A stretch of 22,359 nt of DNA from assembly GCA_050248855.1 (NCBI GenBank), contig JBFWRP010000044.1:1-22359 (forward strand), written 5' to 3'. The position numbers and the translations under genes are program-made. The notes below the pieces were generated by a model, which saw only the letters and a list, made by a program, of their open reading frames with translations, was not told the DNA's origin and did not search any database. The DNA is from Planctomycetota bacterium. Its GTDB lineage: Bacteria; Planctomycetota; PLA2; JAEUHO01. Below are positions 17,638-22,359 of the stretch, piece by piece; position 1 is the stretch's first letter; each line of letters starts with the position of its first letter.

Positions 17638-18672
17638 CTAGCGCGGTGAGGGGATGAGGACCACGCGGTCGCGGCGGTTGTCGCGGAGGTAGGAGAGGAC
17701 GAGGGAGCCGCCCGGGGGGAGCTGCCAAGCCTGCTCCTGGAGGGTGGCCGCTTCGGTCAGCGGCGTGCTGCCGACGTGGGTGAGGACGTCGCCGGGGCGG
17801 AGGCCCGCGCGCTCGGCCGCGCCGCCGACGTCGATGCGCGTCACGACCAGGCCTTGACCGGCGAGCGGTCGCACGGAGAGGCCCAGCGGCGCGGGCCCGT
17901 CCCGACGGCCCGGTCCGCGCTCGCCGAGCAGACGCGCGACCGCGCTAAACACCGCGTCGATCGGTGTGGCCAGGCTCACCCCCTGGTGGGTGCCGCCACG
18001 GCTCAGGATGGCCGTCATGACGCCCACGACGCGCCCGTCGGCGTCGAGGAGCGGTCCCCCGGACGAGCCCAGGTTGGCGGCGGCGTCGGTCTGGATGAAC
18101 GACTCGTAGCCCCGGGGGTTGACGCCGAGACCGCTGCGCCCCAGCCCACTGACGAGCCCGAGGCTCCACGAGTTGGGCAGCGCAAAGGGGCTTCCGGCCG
18201 CCAGCACGACGTCGCCGATGCGCAAGCCGCGGAGGTCGGCAGGCGGTAGCGGCAGGCGATCGGCCAGCTGCGGAACGCGCAAGAGGGCCGTGTCGGTCGC
18301 GTCGTCCACGCCGACCAGCTGGGCCACATGCGGTCCACTCCCGGGCGCCGTGACGAAGATCTCGCGGGCACCGGCGAGCACGTGGCGGCTCGTGACCACG
18401 TAGCCACCCGCCCGCACGACGAAGCCCCCACCGACGCCGTCGTCACGCGACGCGCGGCGCACGCCGTCGTCGTGACGGATCGCCACGTGCACGACACTCG
18501 GGTTGGCCCGAGCCACTACGTCGGCGAAGGTGGCCGGCAGCTCGCGAGCGGTGGCGGGCGGCGGCGCGGTGGCACGTCCCGCCAGCACGCCCGCCACGAC
18601 GAGGACCGCGGCGCCTGCGGCCGAACCCACCTTGCCGGACGACGCGCGTCGGGACGAGCGCACGATGCTCAT
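17638..18672 (-). CDS. HtrA/DegS-like trypsin-family serine protease with one PDZ domain
   Basis: N-terminal hydrophobic anchor, [15 protein letters not shown], triad His (TSRHVL), Asp (ATDTALL) and Ser ([16 protein letters not shown]), and [19 protein letters not shown] overlap with the upstream regulator. Confidence 0.9.
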   Translation of the reverse strand: MSIVRSSRRASSGKVGSAAGAAVLVVAGVLAGRATAPPPATARELPATFADVVARANPSVVHVAIRHDDGVRRASRDDGVGGGFVVRAGGYVVTSRHVLAGAREIFVTAPGSGPHVAQLVGVDDATDTALLRVPQLADRLPLPPADLRGLRIGDVVLAAGSPFALPNSWSLGLVSGLGRSGLGVNPRGYESFIQTDAAANLGSSGGPLLDADGRVVGVMTAILSRGGTHQGVSLATPIDAVFSAVARLLGERGPGRRDGPAPLGLSVRPLAGQGLVVTRIDVGGAAERAGLRPGDVLTHVGSTPLTEAATLQEQAWQLPPGGSLVLSYLRDNRRDRVVLIPSPR

Positions 18673-20063
18673 GCCCCTTCCTCGGCGTCGTCGTCCGCCA
18701 AGGCGGTCCCGCCGTAGGCATCGAGCTTGCGGTAGAGGGTGCGCAGCCCGATGCCCAGGATGCGGGCGGCGGCGGTCTTGTTGCCCCCCGTCCGTCGCAG
18801 GGTGTCCAAGATGATCGTGCGCTCCACGTCGGGGAGCGGCGTACCGGCGGGGATGCGGATCACGTCGGACTCGGGCAGGTCGTCGACGCGATGCACGCCG
18901 CCGATCTCCTCGGGCAGCACGTCGGGGGTGATCACCTCCCCGCCTCCGAGCACCACCGCGGCCTCGATCGTGTTCTCGAGCTCGCGGACATTGCCCGGCC
19001 AGTCGTGGCTCTTGAGCAGGTCCATCGCCTCGGGCGTCAAGGAGGGTACGGGCAGTCCATGGCGCTTCGCGTACAGGTGGAGGAAGTGCTCCACGAGGAG
19101 GGGGATGTCGCCGCGTCGATCGCGCAGGGCGGGCATGCGCAACGTGATGACCTTCAGCCGGAAGTAGAAGTCCTCACGGAAGGCCCCCTTGCGCACGAGT
19201 GCCTCGAGATCGGCATTGGTCGCGGCCACGAGCCGCACGTCGACGGGGCGTGTCTTGGTCTCGCCGACGCGCTCGATCTCGCGCGTCTGCAGCGCGCGCA
19301 GCAGCTTGACCTGGGTGTGGGCAGCGATCTCGCCGACTTCGTCGAGGAACAGCGTCCCGCCGTGGGCGGCTTCGAAGCGACCCGCGCGATCGGCGATCGC
19401 GCCCGTGAACGCGCCCTTGGCGTGACCGAACAGCTCGCTCTCGAGCAAGCCCTCCGGCAAGGCCGCACAGTTGACCTTCACGAACGGCCCGCCGCTGCGG
19501 GGGCTGGCGCGGTGGATGGCCTCCGCGACGAGCTCCTTGCCCGTTCCGCTCTCGCCGAGGATCAACACGGTGGCGTTGGTCGGCGCGGCGCGGGCGACCA
19601 CGCGGAAGAGCTCGCGAATGGCGGGCGCACTCCCGATGAACCCCGGCGGCACGGCGCCTTCGGCGAGCCCGCTGCGATACGGCGCACTGGCCGGCGCAGC
19701 CGCGGCGTCACGCAAGGCTCCGGCGACGAGCTGGCGCAGCCTGCGCAGGTCGATGGGCTTTTCCAGGAAGTCGTGCGCCCCGTCGCGCATGGCGCGTACG
19801 GCGCGTTCGACGCTGCCGTAGGCCGTCATGACGATGACGGGGACGTCGGGACGCTGGCGTCGGACCTCCTTCAACAGGTCAAGCCCGTCGCGTTCGCCAG
19901 GCAGCAGGATGTCCGTGAGCACGAGGTTCGGGGGCTGGGCCCGGAAGCGCTCCAGCGCCTCGTCCACGTCCTCGGCCAGCACGACCTCGTGCTCGTCGGC
20001 GAAGACCTCGCCCAGGGTCACGCGTGCGTTGGGCTCGTCCTCGACGATCAGGATGCGGCTCAC
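18669..20063 (-). CDS. Sigma54-dependent NtrC/AtoC-family response regulator (REC-AAA+-Fis HTH)
   Basis: REC (IVEDE, LTD, MTAYG, EKP), Walker [30 protein letters not shown] and [24 protein letters not shown]. Confidence 0.96.
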   Translation of the reverse strand: MSRILIVEDEPNARVTLGEVFADEHEVVLAEDVDEALERFRAQPPNLVLTDILLPGERDGLDLLKEVRRQRPDVPVIVMTAYGSVERAVRAMRDGAHDFLEKPIDLRRLRQLVAGALRDAAAAPASAPYRSGLAEGAVPPGFIGSAPAIRELFRVVARAAPTNATVLILGESGTGKELVAEAIHRASPRSGGPFVKVNCAALPEGLLESELFGHAKGAFTGAIADRAGRFEAAHGGTLFLDEVGEIAAHTQVKLLRALQTREIERVGETKTRPVDVRLVAATNADLEALVRKGAFREDFYFRLKVITLRMPALRDRRGDIPLLVEHFLHLYAKRHGLPVPSLTPEAMDLLKSHDWPGNVRELENTIEAAVVLGGGEVITPDVLPEEIGGVHRVDDLPESDVIRIPAGTPLPDVERTIILDTLRRTGGNKTAAARILGIGLRTLYRKLDAYGGTALADDDAEEGA

Positions 20064-21199
20064 GCCTCCTCCTCGGATCCCCGCGCATCCTCCTCGCCCG
20101 GAGGCGGAAGGTGAACGACGAAGCGGGCCCCGCCGCCGGGGCGCGCCAGCACTTCGATCTCGCCCCCGTGGCGTCGCACGTCCTCGCGCGCGAGCGGCAG
20201 ACCGAGGCCCGTGCCGCCACGCTTGCTCGTGGTGTAGAGCACGAAGACGTCGGAGCGCTCCTCGGGGCGGATGCCCGGACCGTCGTCGTCGACGACCACG
20301 ACGGTCGAGTGCGGGTCGTCACGCGTCGTCACGAGCACGTGGCCGCCCCCGGTCGCCGCCGCTTCGATGGCGTTGCGCACCAGGTTGTGCAGCGCGCGGT
20401 CGATGCGTTGGGGGTCGAGCAGCAGCGTCCGGCGGCTGCCGGCCACGAAGGTCAGATGGCAGCCGACGGACTGCGCCATGCCTTCCAACCGCTCGAGCAC
20501 GCCCTGCAGGATGGCGTCGATGCGTGCGGGCATGCGGCGCAGCACGTCCTCGCGGCTCACCTCCAGCAGGTGCGTCACGAGTGCTTCCATGCGTCGTGTC
20601 TCGGCCACGGCACGGCCCAGGCCACGCTCGAGGTCTTCGCGTGACACGCGGTCGTCGTGCATGCGCTCGGCGAGCAGCTGCAGGTTCAGGGAGAGGGCAT
20701 TCAGCGGGTTGCGGATCTCGTGGGCGAGGCTGGCTCCGAGATCCTGCACGAGCGCGGTCCGCTCGCGCTGCCGCTGCAGCTCGGCGGCTCGCGCGCCCGA
20801 CGTGATGTCCTCGAAGGCCACCACGCACCCGAGCACCTGCCCGAGCTTGTCGCGCATCGGCGCCATGGTCAGCCGTACGACGCGCGGGCCCAGCGGCTGG
20901 CGGGCCACCGTGTGCGTCCGGCCCTCGTCGAGGACCTCGCGCAGGGCCTGGGCCCAGTCGCGGTTGGGGTCCGTGGCCAGCACGGGCAGGGCTTCGAGCA
21001 GCGGTCGGCCGAGCGCGGCCTCGCGCGGCCCGGCAACGCGAGCCAGGGCGGCGTTCCACACGATGACGCGCCCGGCGCGGTCCGTGGCGACGACCTCGAT
21101 CGGCAGCGCCTCGGCCAGCGCGTCGAGGTGGCGACCGTAGTCGTCCTCCCCGAGGAGGCGGACGAGCAGCTCGCCGTAGTACAGGAACCTGCGCCCCAT
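20060..21199 (-). CDS. Cytoplasmic PAS-domain sensor histidine kinase (NtrB-like architecture)
   Basis: PAS ([15 protein letters not shown]...LGRPL), H-box [10 protein letters not shown]-box [15 protein letters not shown] and GGTGLGL. No transmembrane segment. Start is ATG 21199 (or 21208). GTGA overlap with the regulator. Confidence 0.92.
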   Translation of the reverse strand: MGRRFLYYGELLVRLLGEDDYGRHLDALAEALPIEVVATDRAGRVIVWNAALARVAGPREAALGRPLLEALPVLATDPNRDWAQALREVLDEGRTHTVARQPLGPRVVRLTMAPMRDKLGQVLGCVVAFEDITSGARAAELQRQRERTALVQDLGASLAHEIRNPLNALSLNLQLLAERMHDDRVSREDLERGLGRAVAETRRMEALVTHLLEVSREDVLRRMPARIDAILQGVLERLEGMAQSVGCHLTFVAGSRRTLLLDPQRIDRALHNLVRNAIEAAATGGGHVLVTTRDDPHSTVVVVDDDGPGIRPEERSDVFVLYTTSKRGGTGLGLPLAREDVRRHGGEIEVLARPGGGARFVVHLPPPGEEDARGSEEEA

Positions 21200-21243
21200 G
21201 ACCCGCATCCTACGGCCTTCGGGATGCGCGGCGTACGTGGCGA

Positions 21244-22122
21244 TCAGCGGCGGATGTCGGCGGTGCCGTCGCCAGGTGCTTGGGCGTGGAGGTTCCACCA
21301 GCGCTGCCAGCGCGCGGCGGCGTGGGCGCGAGCGGCAGGAGCGCCGTCGGGGTCGAAGCCGAACCACTGACCCGTCGCCTGGCGCAGACCGGCAACCGCC
21401 GCGGCCCGTACGCAGGGCGTCGGGTCGCCCAGACGCACGAGCAGGTCCGGAACGGAGCCGATCGCGCGGCGTCGCGCGCACTCGGCAACCGCCGCACGTC
21501 GGACTTCGGGCGACGGAGAGGCCATCCACGTCCCCAAGCGCTCGGCGGGCACGTCCTCGAGGATGGCCTCGATGGCGCCGCGCGTGGCGTGCATCGCAAG
21601 GCCGCCCGGCCCCGGAACGAGAAGCTGGCCCGCGGCCGCCAAGGCAGGCAGCGCCGGCTCGCCCAGCTCGACGATCTCGCGCGTGGCCCGCATGCGGTCC
21701 AGGAAGTCCGAGGAGGTCAGGCGCTGCACGAGAGGACGCAGCGTCGCCATCTCGAAGGAGGTCGCGGTCCGCTCGACCGATGTCGGGCGGATGCTGCCCG
21801 GCAGGCGCCGAGCGGACGTGGGCGGCCCATCCTCCGCGTCGACCCGCGGCTGCGGCAGGGCGGCGGCAGTTGCGGTCGTAGCGGGGACGTGCGACTGCGG
21901 AGCGTTGGCGGAAGGCCCGACGGGGGCGCCGGGCACCTGCTCGCCCTTGCGCAGGACGCGTCGCACGGGGGGCGGCAAGGGGGCATCGTCCGCGGCGTCC
22001 GCGCACCGGGGAGAGGCCGCCGCCAACGTGGCGACCGCGAGGCCGGCGGCCAGCACGCCCACGGCTAGCCGTCCTAGGCGCGGCGCGCCTTCCTGCGGAA
22101 GCGGGGTGGCTGCGGTGTACAC
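21244..22122 (-). CDS. Exported HEAT-repeat protein (~292 aa)
   Basis: Signal-like LAVGVLAAGLAVATLAAA and a Pro/Ala linker precede HEAT motifs (LVQRLTSSDFLDRMRA, SPSPEVRRAAV, LGDPTPCVRAAA) and a C-terminal TGQWFGFD...WQRWW. Start is uncertain: GTG 22122, with GGAG and a TAGCAT hexamer upstream. Confidence 0.75.
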   Translation of the reverse strand: MYTAATPLPQEGAPRLGRLAVGVLAAGLAVATLAAASPRCADAADDAPLPPPVRRVLRKGEQVPGAPVGPSANAPQSHVPATTATAAALPQPRVDAEDGPPTSARRLPGSIRPTSVERTATSFEMATLRPLVQRLTSSDFLDRMRATREIVELGEPALPALAAAGQLLVPGPGGLAMHATRGAIEAILEDVPAERLGTWMASPSPEVRRAAVAECARRRAIGSVPDLLVRLGDPTPCVRAAAVAGLRQATGQWFGFDPDGAPAARAHAAARWQRWWNLHAQAPGDGTADIRR

Positions 22123-22231
22123 GTCGAGGCGGGTCTCCAGGGGTCGCGTGGCGGCCGGCGACCGCAGGCCCCATGCTAGGCCAATCGGGCGGGCGCGGCG
22201 CCTGCTGGAGCCTGGCCCGCGCCCCGTCACG

Positions 22232-22312
22232 TACGGTGCCAGTGCAATTCCTATCACCCCAGGCCGCACCTCGGGTGCGGCCTTGGGTGATAGGAATTGC
22301 TCTGGCACCGTA
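22232..22312. repeat. 81-bp near-perfect palindrome (MITE/REP-like element)
   Basis: 39-bp arms (22232-22270 and 22274-22312) with 2 mismatches and a 3-nt loop (TCG). It begins and ends with TA and is AT-richer than its surroundings. Confidence 0.85.
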
Positions 22313-22359
22313 GGGGTGGTGACCCGCTACACACCTGCCTGCCGCCTCCGCCGCGCCGC

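Noticed and set aside
21200..22174. 704-aa version of the histidine kinase
   Set aside because: The extension is an Arg/Pro-rich alternative frame of the HEAT gene. The kinase domains begin near 21199.
22232..22312. Palindrome as a tRNA or intrinsic terminator
   Set aside because: It is a single long stem with no cloverleaf, T-loop or CCA and no U-tract, and it is much longer than terminator stems.
22225..22320. TGGCAC within the palindrome arms as a sigma54 -24 element
   Set aside because: It is not followed by TTGC at the required -12 spacing on either strand.

Overview
Very GC-rich bacterial chromosomal window. A Planctomycetota-like origin is inferred from the protein types (HEAT protein with a 'TG..FG.D...W..WW' tail, prenyltransferase-like alpha/alpha-barrel protein, giant PQQ-propeller protein); it is not proven. 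From left to right the window holds: a partial membrane-protein gene; sucD and sucC (minus strand; SucD has a histone-H1-like AKKP tail); an exported prenyltransferase-repeat-like protein; a putative esterase; a lipoprotein; ribE; and trmD (all minus). Divergent from trmD come rplS-yraN-ptsN-like (plus). Next is a minus-strand pair: a ~1560-aa TPR/beta-propeller/PDZ protein and a 777-aa TPR lipoprotein with an HExxH...ExxA zincin motif. A small C-terminally anchored membrane protein and lexA follow (plus), with a composite GAAC-N4-GTTC-N4-GAAC operator upstream of lexA. The last block (minus) is HEAT protein > PAS histidine kinase > sigma54 NtrC-family regulator > HtrA protease, and an 81-bp near-perfect palindrome sits upstream of it. 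No rRNA, tRNA, CRISPR array or transposase was seen. The best leads are the uncharacterised TPR-metallopeptidase plus propeller/PDZ envelope module next to lexA, the dual-geometry SOS box, the divergent trmD/rplS arrangement, and the MITE-like palindrome. All calls come from motif reading by eye; no database searches were run.
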